Assembly (NCBI GenBank): GCA_030604135.1
Contig: JAUVWL010000007.1
Location: 92,279 to 156,278 of the forward strand
DNA: 64,000 bases
Source of the DNA: Burkholderiales bacterium
GTDB lineage: Bacteria > Pseudomonadota > Gammaproteobacteria > Burkholderiales > Burkholderiaceae_C
Reading direction: 5' to 3'
Within the stretch, counting starts at the first letter, position 1. The number at the start of each line of letters is the position of its first letter. Below the pieces are notes generated by a model. The model saw only the letters and a program-made list of their open reading frames with translations. It had not been told where the DNA came from and did not search any database. The translations under genes and the position numbers were made by a program. Shown piece after piece: positions 33,850 to 42,539 of this stretch.

Positions 33850-35694
33850 GTGGCCGACTTGGTATTCAGCCGGCCGCGCTACACCGGGGGCCCTGTTGAC
33901 CTGGTGTTCGGCGACTCAGCCGGAACTGGAGGTGGTGACTCAACGGTCACGATTACGGCCACGTTCTCGGCCATGACGTTCTCGGCGCTGGTGGCATACG
34001 ACAACCGCAACCCGCGCCGAGCAAGCACCATCGCACGTCTGCCTCACCAGGTGGCCGACCGGGCGCTGCCTGAGACGCGCATGGGCTGGGGCACCAGTCG
34101 CCAAGGGCTGCGCGAGGAGCGCACCACCTGGCAGCAGGCAGGCCGCGCTGCGCGCGAGACCGACACCGGCTGGAATCGCCCCGGCCGCATCGTTGACCAG
34201 CGCGCCGTGCCCTGGGTGCTGGCTGTGCCGGCTGGAACCCAGGCAGCGTTCGTGCACCAGGCCGCTGAGATGCTGCGGGCTCAGGCGCTGCTGCCCTGGC
34301 AGGTCGCGGCAGCCCTGCATGCCACCTCACGCGCGCCGCACCAGGTCGGCCTGCAGGTGCACACCGATCGGGTCGTGCCATGGCTTCTGGCCGCTCGTCA
34401 GCAGGCGCTGGCAAGCGGCGGGCGCCAGGTGGCAGCCGCTGCCGGCCTGACGTCGCTGTGGCCGTGGGATGTGGCCCGCGTCATCCCGCCCGGCCGCGAG
34501 GTGTGGCCACCGGTGGATCCTGGGACGGTGACGCCCAGGGTGCCCAGCACGCACCTGGTGTTCGGCTGCCCGCCGTGGCTGGGTGGGTCCGTCAATTTGG
34601 TCTTTGGGCGGGTGTGCGTGCTGCCGCCACCGGAGCCAGGCGCGCCGCTGCAGATTCTTCCCGCGAGGTTCTACATGAGCGTCCACGACTTAATTGCCTA
34701 TCGCCTGCCGGAGCTTGTACCGGTCCCGATTTACGACGTTTCGATCAGTGCTGATCGGGGCAGCTTTGGGTGGAGCTTGCAAATCAATGCTCCGGCCAGC
34801 TCGTACGACTTGTTGGCTCCGGATGGCGCTCAGCGGGCGCAAATCCGAGTCGTGCTTGACGGCCTGGCCTTTGAGGGCTTGGTGCTGGCGAGGGCACAGC
34901 GCGAACAGTTTGGTCAGCGAGGCTGCAGCATTACCGCCCGCAGCATCACCGCCCTTCTGGCCAGGCCGTTTGCTCGCCAGACCCAGCGCCTCAGCACCGA
35001 GACGCGTTCAGCCCAGCAGTTGGCATTGGACGCACTGGAGTTCACAGATTTTGCGCTTGATTGGGGGCTTGTCGATTGGCTGGTGCCTGCGGGTGCCTGG
35101 AGCCATTCAGGTACACCACTTGAGGCGGTTCAAGCTATCGCGGAGGCAGCCGGTGGGTATCTTCAGAGCGCACGCAGCGGCCCGACGCTATTGGTGCGTC
35201 ACCCCTACCCCGACCTAGTTGGCGGGTTACCTGGTGGGCCGTGGAACTGGTCGCACCCCACGGTCGTGCCTGACGTCGAATTGGCTCCTGACGCGCTGGT
35301 CACCCTGGCCAGCGAAGAGATGGATGGGCCCGACATCAATGCCGTCTATCTTTCGGGTGAGATGCAGGGAGTGCATGGCCTATACAGGCGTGATGGAACT
35401 GCAGGCGAGAAGCTCGCAGTTCCTGTCACTGATCCGTTGATGACCGAAGCGCAGGTTGTTCGACAGCGGGGGCGGTCCATCGTTGGCGCAGGAGGCAGAA
35501 AGGAGTTGGTCACCTATAGCCTCCCGATCCTAAGCGGCCCCGGTCAGCCGGGGATCCTTGACATCGGCCAACTGGTTCAGATCAATGTTTCCCAGCCCTG
35601 GCGAGGTCGGGTTCGATCGGTAAACGCATCAGCAGTTTTCGGTGGAGTCGTCCGTCAGAGCATCCAGATAGAGCGCCCACTCACATCTGTCTGA
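33850..35694 (+). CDS. tail fibre / receptor-binding candidate (614 aa, GTG start)
   Basis: GGAG SD. Large distal tail gene. Confidence 0.65.
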   Translation: MADLVFSRPRYTGGPVDLVFGDSAGTGGGDSTVTITATFSAMTFSALVAYDNRNPRRASTIARLPHQVADRALPETRMGWGTSRQGLREERTTWQQAGRAARETDTGWNRPGRIVDQRAVPWVLAVPAGTQAAFVHQAAEMLRAQALLPWQVAAALHATSRAPHQVGLQVHTDRVVPWLLAARQQALASGGRQVAAAAGLTSLWPWDVARVIPPGREVWPPVDPGTVTPRVPSTHLVFGCPPWLGGSVNLVFGRVCVLPPPEPGAPLQILPARFYMSVHDLIAYRLPELVPVPIYDVSISADRGSFGWSLQINAPASSYDLLAPDGAQRAQIRVVLDGLAFEGLVLARAQREQFGQRGCSITARSITALLARPFARQTQRLSTETRSAQQLALDALEFTDFALDWGLVDWLVPAGAWSHSGTPLEAVQAIAEAAGGYLQSARSGPTLLVRHPYPDLVGGLPGGPWNWSHPTVVPDVELAPDALVTLASEEMDGPDINAVYLSGEMQGVHGLYRRDGTAGEKLAVPVTDPLMTEAQVVRQRGRSIVGAGGRKELVTYSLPILSGPGQPGILDIGQLVQINVSQPWRGRVRSVNASAVFGGVVRQSIQIERPLTSV

Positions 35695-35705
35695 GGATCG
35701 ACCGA

Positions 35706-35927
35706 ATGAATCCATACAAGCAACTTCTGGATCTGCTTCCCTTGCCGCCATTGCTCAGTGGCACGGCTACCGTCAGCCATTCGGACGGATCCGTAACGGT
35801 AGAACTACCCGGGGGCGGTGAGGTTCGAGTGAGAGGTGTTGCCGCCTCTGGCGACCGTGTTTTGATCAAGGATGGCGAGGTTCGCGGTGACGCTCCCGAC
35901 CTACCTTTCGTGCTGGTGGAGGAGTAG
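35706..35927 (+). CDS. small protein, last phage gene (73 aa)
   Basis: GAGGA SD. Possibly a fibre assembly factor. Locally lower GC. Confidence 0.5.
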   Translation: MNPYKQLLDLLPLPPLLSGTATVSHSDGSVTVELPGGGEVRVRGVAASGDRVLIKDGEVRGDAPDLPFVLVEE

Positions 35928-35987
35928 TCGGGCCCTGCCGTTTCTCTTGAAGTAACGCCGTTCTGCTAGATGCAAATCTGAACTGGC

Positions 35988-36032
35988 CGATTTATCCAAC
36001 GCAAGTGGTGCGATTTATCTCGCCGCGCTTCA
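35988..36032 (+). repeat. prophage right end (attR): two direct CGATTTATC repeats 23 bp apart and terminal CGCGCTTCA
   Basis: CGATTTATC at 35988-35996 and 36011-36019. The terminal …TCTCGCCGCGCTTCA ends at 36032 with CA, resembling the Mu right end (…GCGCCGCTTCA, recalled from memory). Confidence 0.65.
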
Positions 36033-36108
36033 TCATCGAACAGGGCATCACGCCCGACACCTGGGACCGGGAACACGCCCCGTCCCCCTGACACCGGAGA
36101 GACTTTTC

Positions 36109-36867
36109 ATGCCCGACGCCACCCTGGAGACCCGCGGCCCCATCAGTCTGGTCACGCTCAACCGCCCGCAGCGCCTCAACGCCATTGGCGGGCAGCTGCT
36201 GCCCGACCTGCACGAGGCCCTGCAGCGGGCCCAGCGCGACCCCGAAACCCGCGTCATCGTGCTGACGGGCGCCGGCCGGGCCTTCTGTGCCGGCGACGAC
36301 CTCAAGGAGTTCAGCGAACAGACACAGTCAGCGCAGCACGTGGCCCAGGTCTGCGCCGACATCCAGCAGATCACCCGCGACCTGATGCTCGGCCCCAAGC
36401 TGGTGGTGGGTGCGGTGCATGGCTGGGCGGTCGGGGGTGGTTTCGAATGGGTGCTCAATTGCGACCTGGTGGTGGCCGCCGAGGACCTGAAATGCTTTTT
36501 CCCGGAGATGCAGCTGGGCCATTTCGTGACCGGCGGCGTGACGCATCTGCTGCCGCAGGCGCTGGGTCACCAGCGTGCGATGGAACTGATTGTGCTGGGT
36601 GAACAGCTCGATGCCCGCGCGCTGCAGTCGCTGGGCCTGGTCAACCGGGTTGTGCCTGCCGATCAGGTGCTGGAACAGGCGCTGGCCCTGGCCACGCAGG
36701 TGGCCGAACGCGCCAGCCACGCCACCGCCCTGCTCAAGAAGGCCCTGACCGGCCTGGGCGGCGCGCTGGAAGCGGCCCTGGAGACCGAGCGCCAGGCCGC
36801 GATGACCTGCTTTGCCCACCCCGACACGGCGCGGCGCATCGAGGCCTTCGGTGGCCACAAGGGCTGA
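36109..36867 (+). CDS. enoyl-CoA hydratase/isomerase family protein (252 aa)
   Basis: Crotonase motifs …VIVLTGAGRAFCAGDDL… and GWAVGGGFEW. Confidence 0.85.
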   Translation: MPDATLETRGPISLVTLNRPQRLNAIGGQLLPDLHEALQRAQRDPETRVIVLTGAGRAFCAGDDLKEFSEQTQSAQHVAQVCADIQQITRDLMLGPKLVVGAVHGWAVGGGFEWVLNCDLVVAAEDLKCFFPEMQLGHFVTGGVTHLLPQALGHQRAMELIVLGEQLDARALQSLGLVNRVVPADQVLEQALALATQVAERASHATALLKKALTGLGGALEAALETERQAAMTCFAHPDTARRIEAFGGHKG

Positions 36868-36880
36868 TCAGGACAGCCTA

Positions 36881-37321
36881 TCAGGACAGGTTTGGCAGCC
36901 CCGCCACCTGCTCCAGAAAGACCGGCGGAACCGGCGCCACCTTGCGCGTGGCGCGGTCGATGAACACGATGCCGATCTTGCCGCGTGCCACCTCGCGCCC
37001 GGTGTCGACACAGTCCATGCAGTAGGCCAGGTCAAAGCCGTAGCGGTTGAAGTCCTGCGGCACCATGCGCACGCGCATGGTCTCGCCGTGAAAACCTTCG
37101 GACTTGTACTGCGCCACCAGATCACCGACCACGATGGGGCAGCCGGCCACGTCGGACTCGCGCCAGCCCAGCGACTTGAAAAAGCGCACCCTGGCCTCCG
37201 ACACCAGGGTCAGCAGCTGGGCATTGTCCAGGTGCCCGCCCTGGTTCACGTGGCTGATGTAGATCTGGATCTCGGTGGCGAAGACAAAGCCCTGCGGCAG
37301 CGCGAACTGGATGCGGCTCAT
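36881..37321 (-). CDS. hotdog-fold thioesterase (146 aa)
   Basis: Internal ATG at 37321. 4HBT-like pattern …YISHVNQGGHLDNAQLLTLVSEARVRFF. Confidence 0.65.
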   Translation of the reverse strand: MSRIQFALPQGFVFATEIQIYISHVNQGGHLDNAQLLTLVSEARVRFFKSLGWRESDVAGCPIVVGDLVAQYKSEGFHGETMRVRMVPQDFNRYGFDLAYCMDCVDTGREVARGKIGIVFIDRATRKVAPVPPVFLEQVAGLPNLS

Positions 37322-37340
37322 GACAAGGCCAGGCGTGCGC

Positions 37341-37607
37341 TCACTTGCGGTCCGGCAGCTCGATCTTGACCTCGAGCACCTCCAGGTCATCCTGGCGTTC
37401 GAGCTGGACCTTGATGTCGTCCGGGTTGATCTTGATGTACTTGCCGATCACAGCCACCAGCTCTTTCTGCAGCGCGGGCAGGTAGTCGGGCTCGGCGGCG
37501 TTGCGGCCACTGCGTTCGTGGGCCAGGATGATCTGCAGGCGTTCCTTGGCCACACTGGCGGTCTTCTTTTTTTCGCCCAGGAAGAAGGACAGGAAGGACA
37601 TGTTCAC
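37341..37607 (-). CDS. minE: cell division topological specificity factor MinE (88 aa)
   Basis: [32 protein letters not shown]. Confidence 0.9.
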   Translation of the reverse strand: MNMSFLSFFLGEKKKTASVAKERLQIILAHERSGRNAAEPDYLPALQKELVAVIGKYIKINPDDIKVQLERQDDLEVLEVKIELPDRK

Positions 37608-38419
37608 TTCCTCCCGAACACGCGCTTGAAGAAACCGGGCTTCTCGGCGTCGATGAAACGCAGCGGCTTGTCGGCGCCCAGGAAACGGTCGATCACGTCG
37701 CTGTAGGCCTCGGCGACGTCGGTGCCCTTGAGGTGGATGGCCGGTGTGCCCTGGTTGGACGCGGTCAGCACGTTCTCGCTCTCGGGAATGACGCCGATCA
37801 GCTTGATGCGCAGGATGTCCTGGATGTCCTCCAGGCTGAGCATCTGGCCGTCGGCCACTCGGCTGGGGTTGTAACGCGTGATCAGCAGGTGCTCCTTGAT
37901 CGGCTCCTTGCCTTCGATGGCGCGCTGTGTCTTGCTGCCCAGCATGCCCAGGATGCGGTCGGAGTCGCGCACCGAGGAGACCTCGGGATTGGTCACCACC
38001 AGCGCCTCGTCGGCGTAGTGCATGGCCATGAGGGCACCGGTCTCGATGCCGGCAGGCGAGTCGCAGACGATGTATTCGAAGCCCATGGCGGCCAGATCGG
38101 TCAGCACCTTGTGCACGCCTTCCTGCGTCAGCGCGTCCTTGTCGCGGGTCTGGCTGGCCGCCAGCACAAACAGGTTCTCGCAGGTCTTGTCCTTGATCAG
38201 GGCCTGGTTCAGGTTGGCTTCGCCGTGGATGACATTGATCAGGTCATAGACCACGCGGCGCTCGCAACCCATGATGAGGTCGAGGTTGCGCAGGCCGACG
38301 TCGAAGTCGATGACGGCGGTCTTGTGGCCGCGCAGCGCCAGGCCGGCAGCAAAACTGGCGCTGGTCGTGGTCTTGCCCACGCCACCTTTGCCGGAAGTGA
38401 CGACAACGATCTTGGTCAT
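37604..38419 (-). CDS. minD: septum site-determining ATPase MinD (271 aa)
   Basis: [18 protein letters not shown] deviant Walker A. The track ORF (465 aa) over-extends upstream. Confidence 0.95.
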   Translation of the reverse strand: MTKIVVVTSGKGGVGKTTTSASFAAGLALRGHKTAVIDFDVGLRNLDLIMGCERRVVYDLINVIHGEANLNQALIKDKTCENLFVLAASQTRDKDALTQEGVHKVLTDLAAMGFEYIVCDSPAGIETGALMAMHYADEALVVTNPEVSSVRDSDRILGMLGSKTQRAIEGKEPIKEHLLITRYNPSRVADGQMLSLEDIQDILRIKLIGVIPESENVLTASNQGTPAIHLKGTDVAEAYSDVIDRFLGADKPLRFIDAEKPGFFKRVFGRK

Positions 38420-38451
38420 GGTGAAGGTTTCCTCGGGGTGAAGGGTTCGGG

Positions 38452-39222
38452 TCAGGTGCTCAGGGGGTCGATCACCAGCTTGTCGCCGTCGGGTCCGGCC
38501 ACCAGGCGCACCTGGGCGGCCTTGCCGGCGACCTCGGGCGGCAGCGCCACCTCGCTGGTGCGGTAAATGCCGGCAATCGAGATCAGCTCGGGCGACATGG
38601 ACAGGGCGAAGATGCGGGCATCGCCGTTGCCGCGGGCACCGGCAATGGCCTTGCCGCGCAGCGGTGCGTAGACATGGATGTGGCCATCGGCAATGACCTC
38701 GGCACCGGGGTTGACCATGGCCATGACGACCAGGTCGCGGCCACGGGCATAGACCTGCTGGCCCGAGCGCAACGGGCGGTCGATGACCAGGGCACCGGGC
38801 TCGGGCGGTGGCGCCACGGCCTGAACCGGTTCGGGCGCGGCACTGGCAGGTTCTTGCGGGGCTTCGGTGCGCGGCGGGGGGCGCTGGACCACAGCGTCCG
38901 GCGCGGCCAGCAGGCCGGCCGCGGTGGCCTGCTCCATCTGCACCTCGTTGCCACCCCGCACCGCCAGCGGCGACAGGCGGTACTGACGCAGCATGTCGCA
39001 CAAGGCAGCGAAGTCAGGGCTTGCTTCGTCCGCAGCCAGCGCCTGCAGGTCGATCAGCAGGGGATCGTTGTCGAAAAAATCAGGAACATCGCCGAAGCGC
39101 CGGGCGAATTCGTCGGCCAGGCGGGTCAGGTCGGCGGACTTCAGGAGGAGCGCGACCAGGGGCAGGTTGGCGCTCTTGATCTCGAAGGTGACGGGCGCGT
39201 TGGCAGCGAGGGCAACGGACAT
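38452..39222 (-). CDS. minC: septum formation inhibitor MinC (256 aa)
   Basis: Position upstream of minDE. C-terminal beta-helix motif …VMAMVNPGAEVIADGHIHVYAPLRGKAIAG. Confidence 0.9.
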   Translation of the reverse strand: MSVALAANAPVTFEIKSANLPLVALLLKSADLTRLADEFARRFGDVPDFFDNDPLLIDLQALAADEASPDFAALCDMLRQYRLSPLAVRGGNEVQMEQATAAGLLAAPDAVVQRPPPRTEAPQEPASAAPEPVQAVAPPPEPGALVIDRPLRSGQQVYARGRDLVVMAMVNPGAEVIADGHIHVYAPLRGKAIAGARGNGDARIFALSMSPELISIAGIYRTSEVALPPEVAGKAAQVRLVAGPDGDKLVIDPLST

Positions 39223-39427
39223 GGGCAGGGGGGTTCCGGGGGGTCGGCCGAAGGAGGCGACCGCTCAGCCGCGCATCTTATCAGCCGGGCGGAAGGCGCA
39301 CCTCGGGCTTTCGGTGACGGCTTGTGACAGAAGACCTTGGTCAGCAGACTGCGGTCGGATGCCTTCCTGGCCATGCCGGCAACCGGTCTGCTCCGTGCAA
39401 CTGTCCAGCTTGGCTTGTCAACAAGCC

Positions 39428-39582
39428 TGTGGATAAAATCCGTGAAAACCTTCAGTTATCCACAAGATCATGGAAATTCTGGAACTTGTCCCCGTTGGCC
39501 TGTCAAGCCACTGGTCCTCTTCGCACAGGTTTTTGAGGCTGGCAAGTCCTTGATCTGGATGGAAAAACAGGGCTTTTCCACA
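39428..39582. promoter_or_regulatory. DnaA-box cluster
   Basis: TGTGGATAA (39428-39436) and TTATCCACA (39456-39464), perfect consensus boxes in inverted orientation. TTTTCCACA at 39574-39582. An AT-rich stretch follows at 39601-39650. Confidence 0.6.
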
Positions 39583-39686
39583 CAGATAGCGTCCCTCTAC
39601 TACCACTACTAATCTAAAAAATTAAGAATGTAGATAAGAAGAGTAGGAGCGGGAGACACCGGTTCGAGTCCACCAATGCGTCCGTC

Positions 39687-39714
39687 GTGGATACCCACGT
39701 GCGCGGGCATCCAC
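39687..39714. repeat. REP-like palindrome (GTGGATACCCACG-TG-CGCGGGCATCCAC)
   Basis: Imperfect inverted repeat. Same family as the copies at 48812, 48896 and 49784. Confidence 0.7.
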
Positions 39715-39734
39715 GAGAGAGACGATCTGGGCGG

Positions 39735-42413
39735 CTACAGCGTGTGTGTCACCAGCATGAAATCCGGGTCGTCGGCGAACCGTTTGATGACGAAGCCCAG
39801 GCTTTTCATCAGCTTGAGCATGCCGGGGTTGTTGGCCAGCACCAGACCCTCGATCTCGGTCAGCCCCTTGTCACGGGCCTCTTCCATGATGCTGAGCATC
39901 AGGCGCGAGCCCAGGCCCTTGCCGTTGAAGTCGTCGGCCACCACCAGCGAGAACTCGCAACTGGTCTTGTCGGGGTTGGTGACGTAGCGTGAAACACCGA
40001 CCACCCGCTCGATCTCACGGTCGTCGCCCGGCACGCGGGTGTCGCGCTCGCGATGGATGGCCACCAGGGCCATCTCGCGGTCGTAGTCGATCAGCGTCAG
40101 ACGCGAGAGCATGGACGGGGGCAGCTCTTTCAGCGAAGACACAAAGCGGAAGTAGCGGCTTTCGGGCGAGAGGTTCTGCACCAGCTCCTGCAGCATCTGG
40201 GCGTCGTCCGGGCGGATCGGGCGGATGGTGTATTCACCGCCGCCTCGCAACGGCCAGCGCTGCTGGTAACGCGCCGGGTAGGGCAGGATGGCCAGGTGGC
40301 TGTAGTCGTGGGTGCCGGCCGGCGCATGGTCGATCACCACCCGGGCATCGACCGCCACCGCGCCGTGGGCGTCGACGATGATGGGGTTGATGTCCATCTC
40401 GCGCAGTTGGGGCAGCTCGCAGACCATTTCCGAGACCCGCAGCAGAACCTGCTCCAGGGCTTCGCGGTCGATGGCATCGGCACCACGCCAGTCACCCAGG
40501 GTTTCGGCCACCCGGGAGCGGTCGATCAGGCGGCGGGCCAGAAACTGGTTGAGCGGTGGCAGTTCCATCGCCCGGTCGTCGATCAGCTCGATCATGGTGC
40601 CGCCGGCACCGAAGGCAATCACCGGCCCGAACGGGTCGTCGGTCACCAGGCCCACGCAGATTTCGCGCCCGCGCTGCGCCGGCGCCATCTTCTGGATGGT
40701 CACACCATTGATGCGGGCACCGGGCTGGGCCTTGCCGACCGCCTGGATCATGCTGTTGTAGACGTCGCGCACCACGGTGGCGTTGCGCACGTTCAGGGCC
40801 ACACCATTGACATCGGACTTGTGGCTGATGTCGGGTGAATCGATCTTGAGTGCCACCGGGTAACCCAGCTGGGTGGCGATCATCATGGCCTCGTTGGCGC
40901 TGCGCGCCAGGATGGTCTGGGTGACCGGGATGTGGAAGGCCGACAGCAGGGCCTTGGACTCCATCTCGGTGAGTACCTTGCGCCGCTCGGCCAGCACGTT
41001 TTCGATGATCAGGCGGGCACCTTCGACATCGGGCTTGGCCAGGCTGGACAGCGGCGGTGGCGTCTGCTGCAGCAGTTGCTGGTTCTGGTAGAAGCTGGCG
41101 ATGTTGCCAAAGGCCCCGACGGCGGCCTCGGGCGTGCGGAAACTCGGAATGGCGGCGGCGGCCAGAACCTGGCGGGCTTCGCCGACCGAGGCGTCTCCCA
41201 TCCAGCAGCTGAGCAGGGGCTTGCTCAGGTGGCTTTTGGCGTCGGCCATGGCGCGGGCGATCTCGGTGGCATCGACGCCCGCCTTGGGTGAATGCACCAC
41301 CAGGATGCCATCCACGGCCTTGTCACGCCCGGCGGCGTCGATGGCGGTGCGGTAGTGCGCCGGGGTGGCCTCTTCGGACAGGTCCAGCAGGTCGGTCAGC
41401 GAAGCCAGCGCCGGCAGCTGCGGCGCGATGTCTCTCGCCAGCTCGGGGCTGATCGGGCCCAGCTCCAGCCCGATTTCGCTGGCCCAGTCGGCGGCCAGCA
41501 CGCCCGGTCCACCGCCGTTGGTGATGATGTTCAGGCGTTTGCCGACCGGTCGGTAGCGCGAGGCCAGGCATTTGGCGGCCGAGAAGAGCTCCACAAAAGA
41601 GCGCACCCGCACGGCGCCGGCTCGGCGCAGTGCAGCGTCGAACACGTCGTCGCTGCCGACGATGGCGCCGCTGTGGGTCTGGGCGGCCTGGTTGCCAGCC
41701 TTTTTCCGGCCGGCCTTGAGTACCACCACCGGTTTGGCGTTGGCGGCCGCACGCAGTGCGCTCATGAAGCGACGGGCGTTGCCGATGCCCTCCATGTAGA
41801 CCACGATGCTGTGGGTCTGGGCGTCGTTGGCCAGGAAATCCAGCACCTGGGCGATGTCGACCGAGGTGTGCGGGCCAAGCGAGACCACGGCCGAGAAACC
41901 CACCGAATTCTGTGTTGACCAGTCGAGGATGGACGCTGTCAGTGCCCCCGATTGCGATACCAGGGCCAGGGAGCCGGTGGCCGCCAGCGGACCGACCACG
42001 CTGGCGTTGAGACCGGCGCGCGGACGCTGCATGCCCAGGCTGTTGGGGCCCAGCATGTGCATGCCGTGACGCCGGGCTACCCGGTGCATCTCGGCTGCCT
42101 TATCGGGCGTGACGCCGCTGCCGACGACCAGGGCGGCGCGGCACTTGATGCGACCGGCCACTTCCAGCGCCTGGATGACGTCTTCCGGTGGCAACGCGAT
42201 GATGGCCAGGTCGGCCCGGGTCTGCGCCAGGTCGGCCAGGGTACCGGTGGTGTGGATGTCGATGAACACCAGTTGCCCGGCAAAACGCTGGGCCCGCAGC
42301 GCGGCGCTGACGGCCTGGGCCTGGGCAAAGCGTGGCTCGGTCGAATCCTTTGGGCCGGCAAAGACAGCGATTGATTCGGGCAGAAACAGGGGGGTGAGGT
42401 AGTGTTTTTCCAT
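39735..42413 (-). CDS. Pat/PatZ-type protein acetyltransferase: NDP-forming acyl-CoA synthetase-like domains plus C-terminal GNAT (892 aa)
   Basis: CoA-binding/ATP-grasp N-terminal part and C-terminal GNAT motif (…VADDFNGKGLGSRLM…). ATG at 42413. Confidence 0.85.
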   Translation of the reverse strand: MEKHYLTPLFLPESIAVFAGPKDSTEPRFAQAQAVSAALRAQRFAGQLVFIDIHTTGTLADLAQTRADLAIIALPPEDVIQALEVAGRIKCRAALVVGSGVTPDKAAEMHRVARRHGMHMLGPNSLGMQRPRAGLNASVVGPLAATGSLALVSQSGALTASILDWSTQNSVGFSAVVSLGPHTSVDIAQVLDFLANDAQTHSIVVYMEGIGNARRFMSALRAAANAKPVVVLKAGRKKAGNQAAQTHSGAIVGSDDVFDAALRRAGAVRVRSFVELFSAAKCLASRYRPVGKRLNIITNGGGPGVLAADWASEIGLELGPISPELARDIAPQLPALASLTDLLDLSEEATPAHYRTAIDAAGRDKAVDGILVVHSPKAGVDATEIARAMADAKSHLSKPLLSCWMGDASVGEARQVLAAAAIPSFRTPEAAVGAFGNIASFYQNQQLLQQTPPPLSSLAKPDVEGARLIIENVLAERRKVLTEMESKALLSAFHIPVTQTILARSANEAMMIATQLGYPVALKIDSPDISHKSDVNGVALNVRNATVVRDVYNSMIQAVGKAQPGARINGVTIQKMAPAQRGREICVGLVTDDPFGPVIAFGAGGTMIELIDDRAMELPPLNQFLARRLIDRSRVAETLGDWRGADAIDREALEQVLLRVSEMVCELPQLREMDINPIIVDAHGAVAVDARVVIDHAPAGTHDYSHLAILPYPARYQQRWPLRGGGEYTIRPIRPDDAQMLQELVQNLSPESRYFRFVSSLKELPPSMLSRLTLIDYDREMALVAIHRERDTRVPGDDREIERVVGVSRYVTNPDKTSCEFSLVVADDFNGKGLGSRLMLSIMEEARDKGLTEIEGLVLANNPGMLKLMKSLGFVIKRFADDPDFMLVTHTL

Positions 42414-42539
42414 GATCAGGGCATGGCCAGACTCCGGCCTGCCCAAAGGGGCAGACCGCTTAGGCCAGGTTTCAACAGGTATTTATCGGCCACCCGCGTG
42501 TCCAGCGGGTGGTGGGCCGACGGCCGGTCGGACTGAGGA

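Larger units (their letters stand above)
1..36032 (+). mobile_element. Mu-like transposable prophage, right ~36 kb (left end lies upstream of the window). Early/transposition genes run leftward; immunity, lysis, head and tail genes run rightward
   Basis: MuA-like DDE transposase, MuB-like ATPase, Gam, Ner-like regulator, Mu-type gp27/terminase/portal/F/G/I head module, tape measure and tail genes. Terminal ...CGCGCTTCA-3' with two CGATTTATC repeats at 35988-36032. Confidence 0.85.

Noticed and set aside
37604-39001. Long N-terminal extensions in the ORF track: MinD as 465 aa, Spy-like as 356 aa, MocR as 555 aa, PuuD as 337 aa, agmatinase as 371 aa, copZ from 46388, copA from 46442
   Set aside because: - The extensions are Arg/Pro/Gly-rich, overlap neighbouring genes or REP/operator elements, and lack SD sequences.
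- Internal starts give canonical family N-termini and good SD sites.
39640-39690. tRNA-like T-loop string GGTTCGAGTCC, which might have indicated a tRNA gene or an integration-site remnant
   Set aside because: - The flanking bases cannot form a T-stem (ACCGG against CCACC gives only 2 of 5 pairs).
- No acceptor, D or anticodon arms can be drawn on either strand.
- No CCA-proximal acceptor pairing exists.
- It is probably coincidental or highly degraded.
39223-39734. Calling the DnaA-box region the chromosomal oriC
   Set aside because: - Only three boxes and one AT-rich tract are visible.
- No dnaA, dnaN, gidA or parAB context is present, and GC skew cannot be assessed from one window.
- It is kept as a DnaA-box cluster of unknown role rather than an origin call.
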